Of a DNA stretch of 61,991 nt, positions 25,950 to 40,300 are shown in pieces. Position numbers and translations under genes: made by a program. The notes under the pieces are model-generated. The model ran no database searches, was not told the DNA's origin, and worked only from the letters and a program-made list of their open reading frames with translations. The DNA comes from Chiloscyllium plagiosum. Lineage: Eukaryota. Every line of letters starts with the position of its first letter. Within the stretch, counting starts at the first letter, position 1. The DNA is taken from NCBI RefSeq assembly GCF_004010195.1, contig NW_025215381.1, positions 1,357,450 through 1,419,440 of the forward strand. The letters run 5' to 3'.

Positions 25950-28900
25950 TCTGTAACCTTGTACTCCTTGCATCTGAATTGGAAGGGTACCAATATCCTG
26001 ATGGCCAGCTTTGAGAGTGCTACAAGGGAGGGTTTAAACTAGCCTGGCAGGGAGGTGGGATCCTCAACAGTAGGGAGGCAAGTGCGAGTCGGGAAGGGGA
26101 GACAGTAATCAGAAATAGTAAAATGAAGAGGCAGGTCAGACTGAACACGACAAGGAGCAAAACAATGCCTGTTGGATTAAATCGCACACTATTTCAACGT
26201 GAGAGGGCTGACAGGTTGGGCAGATGAACTCAGGGCATGGATAGGTACGTGGGACTGGGATTATAGCCATTACAGAAATATGGCTAAGGGAGGGACAGGA
26301 CTGACAGCATAAATGTGCCAGGGTACAGGCGCTTTAGGCAGGATAGGGGTGGTGGAAGGAGGTGGTTGCATCTTTAAGGCGAGTATCACAGTGGTAATGA
26401 GGCGAAATAACTGAACAGTCATCCAATGAGGCTTTGTGGGTGGAGCTAAGGGGGATGGTGATGTCATTGGGGTTGTACAACAGGCCCCTAAATAGTCAAC
26501 AGGCATTAGAGGAACAAATACGCAGGGAGATTGGGGAGACTTGCAGGAGCAATAGGGTTGCCTTTGTAGGGGATTTTAATTTTCCTAACTAGACTGGGAC
26601 TGCCATAGCGTGAGGGGCTGAGAGGAGGTAGAATTTGTTAACTACATTCAGGAAAGTTTCCTCAAGCAGTATATAGAAGGTCCTACTTGGGAAGGGGCAA
26701 AACTTGACCTATTCTTGGTGTGACGACACAGGGTAAACTCTCCTGCTTAAACCTTGGTGTTGCTGGTTTTAAATTATCACACGCAGCAATCCGTAAAAAT
26801 CAAGTGGTCAAGAACTATTTAAAGTAAAAATGAACTTAAAGTAGTGAATAACTAATCACTATTTACAATTTTTAATATCTATACATTCCCTTCTATACTA
26901 CTAGTTCAATAAAACTTAATATTTATAAAACAATCTCAAAACCAGACAGCTATTGGTTCTAATCTTCAGATCATCCTGTCTTCTCGTGTTTAGGAATTTC
27001 TGCTTTACAGATTGATCTTAAGGTGCCTTGAGAACTATTTTTCAGTCAGTTTACATGCTAGGTTATGGCAGGTCTCCTCTCAACTGTCCAATTTTTCTCT
27101 TACAATCCGATGCTCTGGAGCATATCATTGGCTCATGATTGCTATACGCAATTCAAACTTGGGGTTTGATGTTTTGGGTATAATTTAAATTGTTTGTTGG
27201 CTGAATTAGAATTTGTCCCCAAGCAATCTACATCGATTGTTCAACCCAGTGTTATGTTGTTACCTTATTGGGAACACTTGGTACTGTGTCTGGGTAGTTC
27301 TGCTGCTTTTAACTCTTAAAGTACACCCACATCCTCATAGCACTGGAAAATAGGACATGTAAGGTGATGGAGATGACAGTGGGTGGGAGAGCACTTTGGA
27401 ACCAGTGACCACAGTTCTATCTTAACAGTTAGAGTGACAAAATTGGTCCATAGGTTCAAGTTCTAAACTGGGGCAAGGTGAATTTTAATGGAATTAGACA
27501 GGAGTGTGTAGAGTTGACTGTTTGCAAGCAAAGAAAACACCAGCAAGTGGGAGATCTTCAAATTGCCAGAGTTCAAAGGTCTACATGCTCCTGTGAGGGT
27601 AAAAAGGGGAAACCCTGGAGGTATACATGGGGGTAAAGGGGGCATGAAAGAGCCTTTGCTGAGAAGATTAGGGTTGATCCAAAAGATGTTCTTTAGCTAT
27701 ATTAAAGGAAAAAAAAAAAAAGAATAGGACCCCTTGAGGACTCAAGTGGATATGGATCAAACCATGAGATGGAGGAGGTTCTCAATGAATATTCTCCCTC
27801 TGTTCACTGTGGAGAAAGATGAAGACTTGGCATAGCGATGATATCTTGGGGATAGTCCATAATCACAGTAGAGGTGGTGAGATATGTACTAGAATATACA
27901 AAAGCAAAATAAAACCTCTTGATCCTGACCAATATATCTGAGAGCAGAGGCAGTGGGGGCTCTGACTGATATTTTTGCATCATTAGCCATGAGACAGGTC
28001 CTAGAAGACTGGGGGGGGGGGGGGGGGGGGTAGGTGAATGTTGTGCCATTATTCAAGGGGGGCTGCAACAATAGGAACTAAAGACCAGTAAGCTGCACCT
28101 CTGTGGGAGAGAAGTTACTTAGGGCTATGCTGACTAATCAAACCCTCTTTCCAAATGAGGGTGTCTCTTGTCTCCCTATCTTAAGGGAGACATGCATTTG
28201 GAAAGCTAGGGTTTGATCAGTCAGCATAGCTTGGAGTGTGGGAGAGCACAACTCAGATTTGTTCAAGTTCTTTGAAGGGATTAGGAAGGTTGACGAGGGC
28301 AGTAGCTGTAGTCTATGGATTTCATTAAGACTAAGTGGTTCCACATAGGCAGCACTTGTAAAGGTTAAATTTAATATAGATAAGTGTGAGGTCTTGCAGT
28401 TTGGAAAGTCAAAGATAGGAGTGTCATGAATGATTGTTTCATGACCTATCCCTCAGGTTCCCAGTTCAAAGTAGAGACCCGACCCAGGTAGACAGGGCAC
28501 TGAAGGTGGTGTTGGCACATTTATACAGTGCCCTGAGTGAAGGTCAAAGTTGGGAAGTTATGCAGTTATACAGGATGTTGGCAAGGTTGCACTGGGAGTA
28601 TTGTTTTATTTTAGTCACCTTGCTACAGGGGGTTATTAAACTGGAAAGAGTGAAGAAATTTAAGATATTGCTGGAACTCAGGTCTGAGTAATAGGGAGGG
28701 TTGGACAAGCAAGGACTCTAGAATTGAAACAGAGGGGATTGGGATCTTGGAAGTGCATATGATAATAAGATGGATAGGGTTAAATACTTTCCAGGGTTGG
28801 GGAAAGTGGAGGACGAGGGCATCAGTTTATGGTTAGATAAAGGAGGAGCCTGAGGTGTAACTTTTAAGGGTGGTACACTGGACAAGCTGCCTGAAGTGGC

Positions 28901-29050
28901 TAGAGCAAGTGTTACAATTTAAAAAGGCATTTGGACAAAAACAATGCCTAGGCAAAAAAGGTTTAAAGTACAAGGAAATGGGTTTGTAGACAGCTATTTT
29001 TAGTTGCAGGCTAGTTTGAACCAAAAGGCCTGTGTGCTGTACAACTTGAC
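25950..29050 (+). mobile_element. Long, deletion-riddled CR1 (end of ORF1 through 3' UTR)
   Basis: gatgaactcagggcatggataggtacgtgggactggga endonuclease start at ~26223 and a recognisable 3' end at ~29040; many short deletions. Confidence 0.75.
26719..27342 (-). mobile_element. Solo LTR related to the Gypsy element at 50490-59684
   Basis: TG...CA ends (tgtgacgacacagggtaaa...ctcatagca) resembling 50490/59520 and 52539/59684; TTGG/CTGG flanks interrupt the CR1. Confidence 0.75.
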
Positions 29051-29558
29051 TAACTCACTTGAACCAATTTGTTCTCATATGACTGGAAGTGTCTTGACCA
29101 GTATAGTCACACTGTTAGCCACTTGGTGAAAAAACTGGAAGGAATGGATCATTGGTATCAGTTCAGTGAGCCTTTGTAAGAATGGCACACTGAAACAGTT
29201 TGTTCCATCTGTCACTAGGTACCTAACTTCAATTAAAAGGCCTTCAGCTCACAGTAACTTCAATCAAGACAATACCTTCAAACTGAATGACCCTAATGGA
29301 GGTTATCAATCCAAACTAAAGAGATTAGCTGTATGTATTCAGACAGTTTAGTGCTGACATTTCTGCAAGGTTATGCAGGCCAATCACTTTGGCTGAGGCC
29401 AAAAGGGGAAGTAGGGGTGTTGGTAGATGCCTGTATGTTCAGCAACTTTATCTGCTCAAATCCCTATTTGATAGCCCCCAGAAAGTGATTGCATGACATG
29501 TACTATGCAGCAAAACAAATTCCTATGCTCCTGAGAGATCAGGCAAACTTTCAGATAA

Positions 29559-29781
29559 GGATTAGATTCCCTGCAGTATGGAAACAGGCCCTAGAGAGTA
29601 ACCCACCCATTCCCTGACTATGGGAAAATTTAGTTGACCAATTCACTCAACCTGCACATCTTTAACTGTGCAAGGAAACCCACACAGACAGGGAAAGTGT
29701 CTGTCGAGTTTGCAGAGTCACAAGGCAGGAATTGAACCTGGGTCCCTGCTACTGTGAGGCAGCAGTGCTAACCACAGCTGC
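29559..29781 (-). mobile_element. HE1-type SINE, heavily deleted
   Basis: Tail gattagattcc and head gcagcagtgctaacc retained; about 220 bp versus about 310 bp for intact copies. Confidence 0.8.
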
Positions 29782-30199
29782 CTCAACTTGGAGGGCGGGA
29801 ACCAAATCATCTCCAAGCCTGTCCACAAGATGCTACCTTGCATTAGATCACTGCCTGGGGTGAGTGATACCTAGCCAACATGGTTGGATGCTTGGAAAAG
29901 TGGTAGCTCACCAATACCTGATGGGCAAGAGGACAGATCCTGTAAGAAAGGACCAATGACCGACTGTACCTACTGGTAGCAAAGAGGGCTTGGGAGGATG
30001 AAGTGCCTGTTCTGTATTGTTTTTGGTTCTGGGTCAAGAGGATAGGACAGATTTGGAATGAATGGACATCTGGTCCAAGATGCCAATGTCAGGATGGGTG
30101 CCAGAGTTGAAGTCAGCACTAACAGGATGCATGTTCTTAGCAGTCTGGAGCAGTAGTCAGTTTTGTTTAATTGCTTTAAACAGATATTTTAAGTCTGGT

Positions 30200-30660
30200 G
30201 GGACTTACAGTAGAGGTCTACAGCTGAAACAGCCTTTAATCCATGCCAGATGACCCAACCTATTCCCTTTGCTAGCACTTGACCCATACCCTTCCTATTC
30301 ATATACTCATCTAGATGGGTTTTAGAGGTAGTAATTGTACAAACCTCCACTTTCTCTGGCAGCTCATTCCATAGAGGAAAAAAGTTGCCCCTTAGATTTA
30401 GGGTGAGGGAAAAGATGAGCCCTACACCTAGTTCTGGACTCCCACCCCAGGGAAGATTCCCTTGGGTATTTACCCAATCCATGCCAGTCATTTTGTGACC
30501 TTAAGGTCACCCCTCAGACTCTGGGGGATAGCCCCAACCTGTTCAACCTTTGTAGCTGAAGTCCTTCAACCTGGGCAACATACTTAGTCTGTACCCTTAA
30601 GTGTCAGAACATGTTTCCAATATGAAAAGACCAGAATTGCACAATATTCCAGTGTGGGCA
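30200..30660 (-). mobile_element. CR1 3' end, heavily deleted
   Basis: Collinear with 9008-9510 but with many short gaps. Confidence 0.75.
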
Positions 30661-31248
30661 CTCATACTGGAATGAAGGGGGTGGGGGGTGGGGGGGGTGA
30701 AGCAGTAATCTAGAACCAATGACTAGTGTTCTAGAACTACTTGTACATTAAAAAAAAAATCTGGTATTAGAGGCTAGCATAGTGGTAACTGAATGCTTCA
30801 GAAAGCTACAGCTGCCCTTGCCTTGTAAGGACTATGCCAGTCTACTGTAGAACAGTTATTTAACTGCCTCCCAAGTAGGAAGTGGCTAGCCTTGCCAGTG
30901 ACACCCACAACCCATTTGTGAATGCAGGCAGTCTGGAGGGAACAGTTTAAAGGAGGATATTTGGCCATTCTGCCAAATTGTTTCCATCAGTCAGAGTCTA
31001 ACTATTAACCTTTCTGGGTCAATCTGTTGGATCTGCCTGAATCTTTGCTTGCCCCAATTTAAAGTCTCCACACTAACCCATTAGAATGTATGGATGCAAT
31101 GAAGGTTTAACCTAGTGCATTAGCCCACTAGCTTAGTGTGGCTACAGTATCACATTGAAGGATTCGACTTCCCAAATAGCCTGAAGCCAATGAAAATGGT
31201 GCAGAATGCTCTTACAAAGAAAACAAGTTGCAGGTGGAGTTTGTTCTG

Positions 31249-31254
31249 TTTATT
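31249..31254 (-). terminator. ZPAX polyadenylation signal AATAAA
   Basis: AATAAA on the minus strand 7 nt after the stop codon. Confidence 0.8.
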
Positions 31255-31261
31255 CAAATGT

Positions 31262-31371
31262 TCAGTAGCATCTTGATTTTACAAGATAAATCACAGCTAG
31301 AAGCAGGAGGCTGCTGACTACAGCAATACCAACAGCTAGTAACACTACCCGTGACAGCTTCCAGTGGGCTC
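31262..31371 (-). CDS. ZPAX: ZPAX terminal exon 23 (GAHWKLSRVVLLAVGIAVVSSLLLLAVIYLVKSRCY*; TM helix)
   Basis: Strong pyrimidine tract plus CAG acceptor, phase 1, 23-residue hydrophobic run, TGA at 31264-31262. Confidence 0.9.
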
Positions 31372-34300
31372 CTGGGGAGAGAAAAAACAAACAAAATCTT
31401 CAGGAAGGGTGACAGGGTTCAGAAATTCCACTCCTCTCCAGGAAGTGGACTCAAATCTTGCTAGGAGCGAGATTCATAGAACCCTCCCAAATAGCAAGGC
31501 ATCAACTAAAGCCACTAGTATCTTAGTAAAGCCCATTTGGAGGAGGGTTTAAACTAAGTTATTGACCTGCTGAATTGAAGTTGTACTGACTTTGCTAGTG
31601 GAGCATGCTTCTCACTTACCAGTGGTCTCATTTGGAGACTGGCTCACTCGAGTCAGGATGTTGATAGGCCCAGAGGATACAGCACCATGGAACTCTCTAG
31701 TTGAGTGAGTGATCGTGTGGCCTGGGTGAGAGAGAAGTGACCCAAGTTAGGAAATCTTGAATATGAGCAGCTAATACCATCCAGATGTTACCTTAAAAAC
31801 CCAGGAAGGATCCATTTGACTGAACTATGAGGGAGTGATCAATGGTCCAGATCCTGGATACAGCCAAACCAGATGTTCTAAGTGTTTGGGAAAATCCCAT
31901 GACATGCAGGGCAGACTCCTACCTGACATCTATCCAGGCTCTGGATAGAATGATTAGATTCCTGCTAGTGTGGAAACAGGCCCTTTGGCCCAACCAGTCC
32001 ACACCAACCCCCTGAAGAGTACCCCACCCAGACCCATTTCCCTGACTATGGCAGGTAACACTATGGGCAATTTAGCAAGGCCAATTCACCCTAACCTACA
32101 CACCTTTGGACTGTGGGAGGAAAGCCATGGGGAGAATGGCATCTGGAGTTTACCCAGGGACTGGAATGGAACCTGGTGCTGTGAGGCAGTGCTAGCCACT
32201 GAGCCACCCCCAGAGTCAAGTACATCACTGCCTGCTATCAGGATGGAAGCTGGTGCCATGCTGCCATCTTGAGTGCCCATTCAGGAGGGACTAAGTACTA
32301 TGGCATTACCCATTTCTATTCAAGCACTGACTCCATGTGTGAAGACATTGCAAAATCACCTCAATACATTCCAAGTCAATATAGCAATTCAGTTGCTAGT
32401 TGATATCTGGTAGCTTACCTCCTCTCTTGCTAGGAGAACATGTCCTTCTACAAAGGGAATCTGGATTGCTCAAGTCACAAATTGCTACATTGCAGTGGAA
32501 ATACACCTAGCAGGAAGTAAGGAGGAGAGAGAGAGAGGTCATTGACTAAGTCAACTACACCTCAGTAGCTTAGCTGACTGGTCTAATGCTTACCAGACCC
32601 TCCAATCCACCAGAGTTATTGGAGACAAGGGTCTTGACTTCAAACCTCTTCAGAGAGAAAGGGTTCTCCACATCCTTAGTAAGGACAGGGTGAAAGGTAC
32701 TGGTGTAGGTCTCCATGTGGTTTGCACAGCTAGAGGGGAAAGTAAATCTGAGTGCAAGATGAAAACTAAAAATACCTTCACCCCAAATGAAGGAGTCCTT
32801 TACCAGACAGCCATGGAGTCAGGAGGTTTGGGAAGAGGATTAAAACGTCAAGTTAATCTGGAGAAGGTTTGAGGTATGTGGGCTAGGATCAAACAGGTGG
32901 GATTGGTTTAGTTTATGGTCCAACCAGTTCATGCTGAACAAGGGTCTGTTAGTGCTGGATGACCAGAGTGGATCTGGTTGGTTGGAGGCCAAGTTTATCG
33001 TTCTGAAGCCTCATGAGCAGATCAGGGGTGGTTCTTCACATTTGAAGATAGGTCAACCTTATGGAGTGGTGTTACCTTGGAGAAAATGACCCATTAAGTT
33101 TAAGGGAGTTAGATTTCAGGGCTGTTTAAGAGATGGACCAAAAATCAGTTCAGGTTAGAGAGTAGCCCCACATCCCATTTTTAAAAAGCTCTGCTTAAGA
33201 GGTGATCAGTTTATGACCACTTCTGTGTTGGCCAGTTTAAATTAGGTCACATTCTGGTTAGTTCTTTAACAGCATGCTACTGACCATCTGAAGGGTTAAG
33301 AGTTGTCCTGGAGACAGGTTACTGAGGACCTGTGCTGTTTGCAGGAAGCCATTGCACTTGCCAATTTGAAACAAACCACTTGGATGAGTGCAGCCAGCTC
33401 CAGTCCAGGATTGAGTTTTAATTTAGGTTTAGCTTTAGTGGAGGGTTAAAATGCTCCATTAAAGATGGAGCTCTGTTGGATTAGAGACATTTTCCTGATT
33501 GGTTTGGGATGTTATATTGGAACAGTATAATAGTACCCATTTCTGTTGGGTCCCCCAATTGAATTTAGTTCCTTTAAGCAAAAAACTAGTCCTTTTTCTT
33601 GAAATAATGTAATTTGATTAATCCAATTCTACATGTGGAACACAGCACTGCACACTACTTTTAAGCCAAGGGCTGCCTTAAAGTAAGGTATTTGGTCCCC
33701 AACAAGAGTTTGGGAATAGCCAGTTTTAACTGATTAGTGTTGATCACTTACCCATCCACAATGATATCCCACTGTGGCTGTCCAGCCAGCTCCTCAGATG
33801 GAGTGGCCCAGCAGTTTTCCAAGAACAATTCAACATTGGGATCCTGGTTATATAGCTCAATCTCAAAATAGAGTGGTTGATTCAAGTGGACAGGCACTGG
33901 GTAGTCTTCATCCTTGTAGAAGGTAGTGTAGGACAAGTCTGGCAAGAAGAAATCATGGAAGTCAGGAGTGGTCTGAAATACACCTTCAAGGGCAAATGGA
34001 GACCTACTGGGATCAAGGTGGGCCTAGAATCCATTACAGACAGCTGTGACATAGTAATATTGACTTGTTTCTAGAGGGATGAAGAGTATCATTTTGCTGC
34101 AGTTGTACAAGGTGTTGGTGAGGCCACACCAAGAACAGCATGCAATTCTGGTCTTGACCTGACCAAGGATATTGGTACTGCCTCCAAAGTCAATGAGGTT
34201 CACTAGGTTGACTTGAGAATGGGGGTTACCCCCGAGAAGGGAGATGGAGCCACCTGGGATTGTACTGAGAATCAATCAAGGGGGGGGGGGGAAAATCTAG

Positions 34301-37300
34301 AAAGTTAAGGGATGAGGGGCAGGTGAGTGGTTTCTGCTAGTGGGCAATGAGGAGGAGATTTTGCCTCAAGATTGAGGCGTAGGTTTAGGAATGGACTACT
34401 TGTTGGGAAAGGCAATCCATGGAATTCTCCACCCAAGGAAAGGCAGCTTCACTAAAATCCATTCAGACAGTTGAGTTTTTGCCTGGCAGGGGAAGAGCTA
34501 TGGAGATAATGCAAGTAGGAGGAGGAGCTGAGATGGTTAGATCAGCCAGGTTCTTTAGTGGTGGCTCAGGCCAAGCGGCCTACTCCTATGAAACCGATCA
34601 TGAGCAGCTGAACTTACTCCATTTAGTATTATATGGAGATACAAGGGAAGGTTAGTGATTGCATTGACATTTTGTACAAATACCTCGTGCCAGCCTTGCA
34701 TGCAGATTCAGACCATTCCTCTCTTCAGCTGAAAAAGGGAAAAAACCGTGTCATTGGATCTGTACGTGTTCAAACCCAAATTAAATTGGAGAGAGATCAT
34801 TGCTTACTCTTCAGTGTCTGTCTGACCAGTGACACACTATCAGGCAGTTGGAATCCCATGGGGATATGGCCAAACCGTGCTTGGATGGTCAGAGTCTCAT
34901 TGATTGGGTAGCGACACAGAATAGTCAACCTAGAGAGAGATGAGAGATGCTGTTATCCTCCTTCTGGATAAGGTGGCTTTAGCTTTGTTACATCACTAGT
35001 CTGTGCCCCCATTTTAAAAATGGAGGAAGCGCACCCCAGACAAGGGCAGCTCAGGTTGTCAGGAATCCTACCTGTAGTCAGGATCTCTGGTTATTATGGG
35101 GATGTCAATTGGGATGGCTTCTCTCAGGTAAGAGATCTCATTCTCATAGATGAGAAAGTCATTTGTGATCTGGTAAAGAGACCAAAGAAGTTAAGTCAGA
35201 GCAAACATACACATTGCAGAGTGCGCATTAGAAATGAGGGGACTCATGGGATTCAGGCAGGTTTGGTTGAAAGTTGGTGGGGGCTGGGGAGTGAATTTTA
35301 AATCAAGTATCACTACCACAATGACAAAGCTACATAACTGGGAGGGAAAAGCAGACAGCTGTGACTGAGCCAAGGTGAAGGAGCAAGTGCTGAATAGAAA
35401 TAACACTAGGAGTGACTCAATTGTCAAGGTGCAACTATTAAAAGGAGCACTGGACTAGAAGTGCTCCAGAAAAGTATAACTTCTTGCTTTATCTAGGCCT
35501 CTAGATAAAGAATCCAAGCTTGGGTCAGTTAGTGTTACTATCCAGTTAACTGTGGGTTCACTTCCCAGTGAAAGCAAGTTTGCCACAAGTTCTGCCAGTG
35601 ACTTCACTCAAGGCATGGTGCCATGATCTCGTGTAAGATGGCTGCCTTGACCAACCCATGATCCTCTGGGACTGAATTTTAGTCCCAAGTGTAGCATTTA
35701 ATTTTTCCACTGCATAAAAAGCAGTGGACTCTTCAATGAGCCACTTATGAATAGGATGGGCTCCCTTTTAGGGTTGGAGGCCTTCTGGCTATTCAGTCAT
35801 AGCTGCCTTGATGAGGACAAAAGCTGGCTTATTATTTACCCTTCCAATGGTTCCACAGGAGTTGATATCAAACACAAAGAGTGCCTTCATTGCATTGTGT
35901 TCTTTGGGTCCACATTTGGGATCTTTCAGCACAAGCTTAGAGAGATCAATCTCTGGGAGGGTGACTGATGGCTTGACGGTGATGGCCACAGTACCATTCT
36001 GGAAACACACTGCAAAACACCAGATTGACAAGTTGGAGTCAGTCAAGTAACAGACCGGACTAATAGACAGAGACTAGGTGTTTTCACACCCCCCTGATAT
36101 GTTTATATCCAATTTGTTTGGATGAAGTTAAACCAGACCCTTCATGTTACCAACATTTTTGTAGGAATCTAAATTGGACAAGTCTAACATTACAGCAACA
36201 TCCTGCAAGCCACAATAGAGGCAGCTTTCAGTCTGATGGCATCAGCTTTTTAGTTTAGCCAAGAGGCTGAGTGACCTCCTGTAAGCTCCCCCAAAGCTCA
36301 GCCAACTTACCCAGCACTTCCTTCTCAGGGATGGAGAAGTTACATTGGACTGTGAAACTGCTGTAGACCTTCAGTGTCTGGTTGTCCTTCAGACTGAAGG
36401 AAATCCTGGCTTGCAATTCGTGCAGAGAGACTTCCTGCAGGGTGAGCACAGTTGAGAGAGAATTAACCAGAAACTGGTACCAGTGACAGCCATGCCAGCA
36501 TAGGTAACTTGAAATGGAAGCATTAGATTACCTCGTAGACAACTCCCGGAGAATGGAAGGGGACTTCCAAGGAGAAGTGTGTACCATTCTCCAAGGCCAT
36601 GTAACCATAGCTCTGAGCGAGCTCATAGGTCAGGGGCTCATCAGCTACATAAGGAAGCCAGTAGTGATCCAGATCACCATGTTGCAGGAGCAGGTAGAGG
36701 GTATCATTAAGACAGTGTCCCTTCATGACTGGCAGCACTGAAAGAGATAAGATACTAGAACGTTATCAGGATGATGGAGGATGTTTGTCAGTTGCAATAA
36801 TCTGCTTATTGGGCAGTTGAACAGTTGGCTTGTTGCCATGGGTCTGGAGCTGGGCAAGGGCTGGTAGAATTCCTTCTTGGAAGGAAGCCAGGAGGGTGCC
36901 AAATAATAGTTTAAGTTCACTGAACTAGGACAGATTAGAGGTAAACTTCAGCCAGGATTGGAATCTGGAGTTCAGCTGTGCTACAGACTAGCAAATATTA
37001 CTAACTCAGCCAGAACCTGCAAGATCGGGGATTGTTCGGTCATTGCTCCAATACTGAATTGGAAGCCTTTGCTATGGACTTCAACCTAATATTGGAATTA
37101 GGTTTGGTTTAGGGATTAATTGTGGGAATAGTCATACATGACCAAAGACACTGACTAAGTAGACAAGGATCTAATCCATTTAGATGAGAGGGGAAGTGGA
37201 TGATACATGGGGTATTGTGGTTTAAATCAGCTTCTACTTGCTGTTTCCCTGTAGTAGAGCTTTGACCAAGCTAGAGCTAAATAGGGAAGCGACCCACATT

Positions 37301-40300
37301 CTGGAGGTAGGGAGGTGACTGATCAGCCAGTATCAGAGTCCTGGAGATTGTTCATTGTATTTGTAACCAGGACCTTGGGAAAACTCAGTCTATGGTATAA
37401 AGTGAGGGAGTAACAATACTCACCAACATCATGCACATCAACTGTTATTACCACTGGTGTTGCAAAGGTAACATTGTCTGGTATTGTAGCAAAGTTCAAT
37501 GTCATGTTCATTGTATATCTTCTGATGTCATCATACAGGTACTAGAAGGAATGTTAATACAGGACTAGTGTTAGAATCTTAGACCTATGGCAGGGTGGAA
37601 AGATAAAACAGGCCAATGTTGAAGGAAAAAAAAAAACACATTTGATCAGTTGCTGTTGGAGATGTGCGCTCTGGATAAAGAATGGGGCAGAGAGAGAATA
37701 TACTGGTGATCTAGAAAGATTAAATGAAATGTTAACTTAGTTGGCTGATGACCAGCTGCGTGCAGCTGGTCAGGTGTTAGGAGGGCCAGAAAAGGTTTGT
37801 TCACTTGGACAGTGGTAGTTAGTGCCAGAAGGATCAGAGTTGGGGCCTTAAATGGAGGTGGATTTAGGGACATGTCCAAGTCTGCTAGACAGTTGACAAG
37901 GACAGGTCAAAGGAAGATTAGTCTGAAGATCTAGAAAAGAGATAATTGTATTTTACGGCATCTGGAATAGAATGGAGATATTGGAGCTTGGGTGTGGCAG
38001 GGTTGTGTTAACTAGGAGTTGAAAGTTAGTGCAGGACATAGTATGAGATGGAGGCCATCCTTCAAATGTAGCTCACCCTGGGCTACGAGCCAAACATCTC
38101 AGCAAGCAGCTTAGTTTCCCATAAAGTTTCAAGTTGGGGGGGGTAGCATGGTAACTCAGGGGACTGGCACTGCTACCTCAGAAGCAGGTTGCATCCAAGC
38201 CTCATGCAACTGTCCATGTGGAGTTTGTGTATGGGGTCTTGATTTCAGTTGCTTGAGGTAAGGTTTTATGTTGGGGTGCTGTACCATGCAACTTTACTGC
38301 AGTAAAAAGAGTGTGATGAAAAAGGATTGTATCAAAGTTGGAGAAAAAGCAAGAACCATGATTTTTGATATGCTGTAAGAACATGGACATTGGAAGATAC
38401 CTGCTGTTTTATGAATGGGGCCCCAACATCTGCCACTACAATGAAGTCCATGGTATCATTAGGATAATAGGTTGGGTAAATGTTGTAGCCATGTTTCTTC
38501 ATGTCATTGACAGAGAGATTCTTGCCTGCCACTGTAATGGACACCAACTCCACATCAGGAAGGAATGGCCCCACTGAGATGTTGAAGTGTTGCTTAGGAT
38601 GAGTAGCGTCAGTATCTAGAAAGAATACTAAATATCAGTCATGCATGCCATTAAGTATTCATTCAATTTGTTCAAACAACCTGAACTTGGAGGGACAAGT
38701 GTTCCATTAGGAGGCAGCTATGCTGGAGCAGCAGGCTGTTGGGGCAAAGGGGTGAAGATAAAGATGGGCCCAACCCCATCAGCACAAGGATGCTATTTAG
38801 TCAGTTTTTAAATCAATACTGACAACTGGGGTCAGCTTTTGATACACCAAATCATTTTTTCCCAGCTTCAGATGCTCAAACAGGCCGGAGTGTTCTCAGA
38901 GGCCTAGGGTCCTGATCCAGCGTTCTTCAACCAGGAATGAAGAGACCACAGGCTGCTAGTGACAGTTGGTTCAGGAATTCAAATACCTCTAGCTTAAAGA
39001 ACAAGCCTAAACCCTTAGCACTGCAGTTTGAAAAAGGGTGCTCTCACCAATGAGATATAGAACCTTGGGGATGAAGGGAGTCGATACCAGGCGATACACC
39101 CTGTGCTGGGTCAGTTCCTGTAGGTGGTCTAGCCACTGGTGTTCCAGAAGCAAGTAGATACTGTAGATGATCCCATAGGTGTTATTGATTGCATGACTCT
39201 GCAAGGAGAGAGACACAAGGAGATGAGGCCCTTAGCCATGCATTAGTTAATCCAAGTCTTAGCCAGCGTGTTGTGAAAGGAACTTGTTGGTGGAGTTAAA
39301 GTGGTATTAATCTTACCAGTGGTAAGATGACCAATATACAATTGAAAGGAGACTGATACCAAGGTGCAAATAAAGTTAGCGCAAGCAGAGTGATTAGTTT
39401 GCTTTGTCATGGGGTTGATCCATTGACAGATGAGATGGCACAAAGCCTATAAACAAGGCCCTTTAGCCCAAGTTGACAATTCTACTTTGAACTAATGCTG
39501 TTTACTGAACAGCATGTCATTCTTCCTTGGAGTCTAATCTTGTCCTTGCCTGGGGGCAGGACAAGTTGACAGTTTCACTTCCATTTGATTACTGCAGTTT
39601 GGAGATGGTTGGCACTTGCTAGAAGTGCCGATTCTCTCATACCTTGAGAACTCTGATCTGACTGCAATTTAGCTCAAGGGTCATTGTAGGTGACAAATCT
39701 ACAAGAGGAAAATCTGGTCATGCTTGGTAACAGGCCCTTGAAGGCCGTCTATTAACTTAGTTGATTAGACAATTAACAGGAGTAGATTTAGTTTAAAAAA
39801 ATTCAGCCACATGGATGTAGGTCTGAATGACAATTGCCTCAGTGTAGTCTAGCTATTGCTATATAACTGCTGCTCAGTGTTTAACAGTTGGGAATAAAAG
39901 TTCTTATTTCTAGAGGCCACATACCTTGCTCCAGCCTCCCACTGCTCCAACTGGGACAGCAATGGCAATGACAGAAGCATTGATATGAAGGTCATAACCT
40001 CTTCTCTGAAGAGTCTCATCATCAAGGAGTTTCCCTTCTACACCCATGGTGATCATGTCAGCAGTGATATTGGCAGGGAATACCAATGGCTCCAAAACCC
40101 TGGGTGTAGGCCAAACCAGCCTGTCGTCTTTTAAGATGCCAGGGCCTAAGGAAGGGAGGGAGGTTCAGAGACACAAGTTACCAACTTGTCAGAATTGACC
40201 TTGAAAATAACCAAGTCATGAGTAGACCTGCATGGAGGGTCAAACACTGCACTTGTGCTGAGTTAGGCACCACAAGTTTAAAATGTGGGTTAAACTTACC

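Noticed and set aside
28011..28030. Poly-G tracts (also near 16986, 19168, 30676, 34279 and 47570) as functional G-quadruplexes
   Set aside because: Simple homopolymer expansions, mostly inside repeats or introns; no evidence of function.
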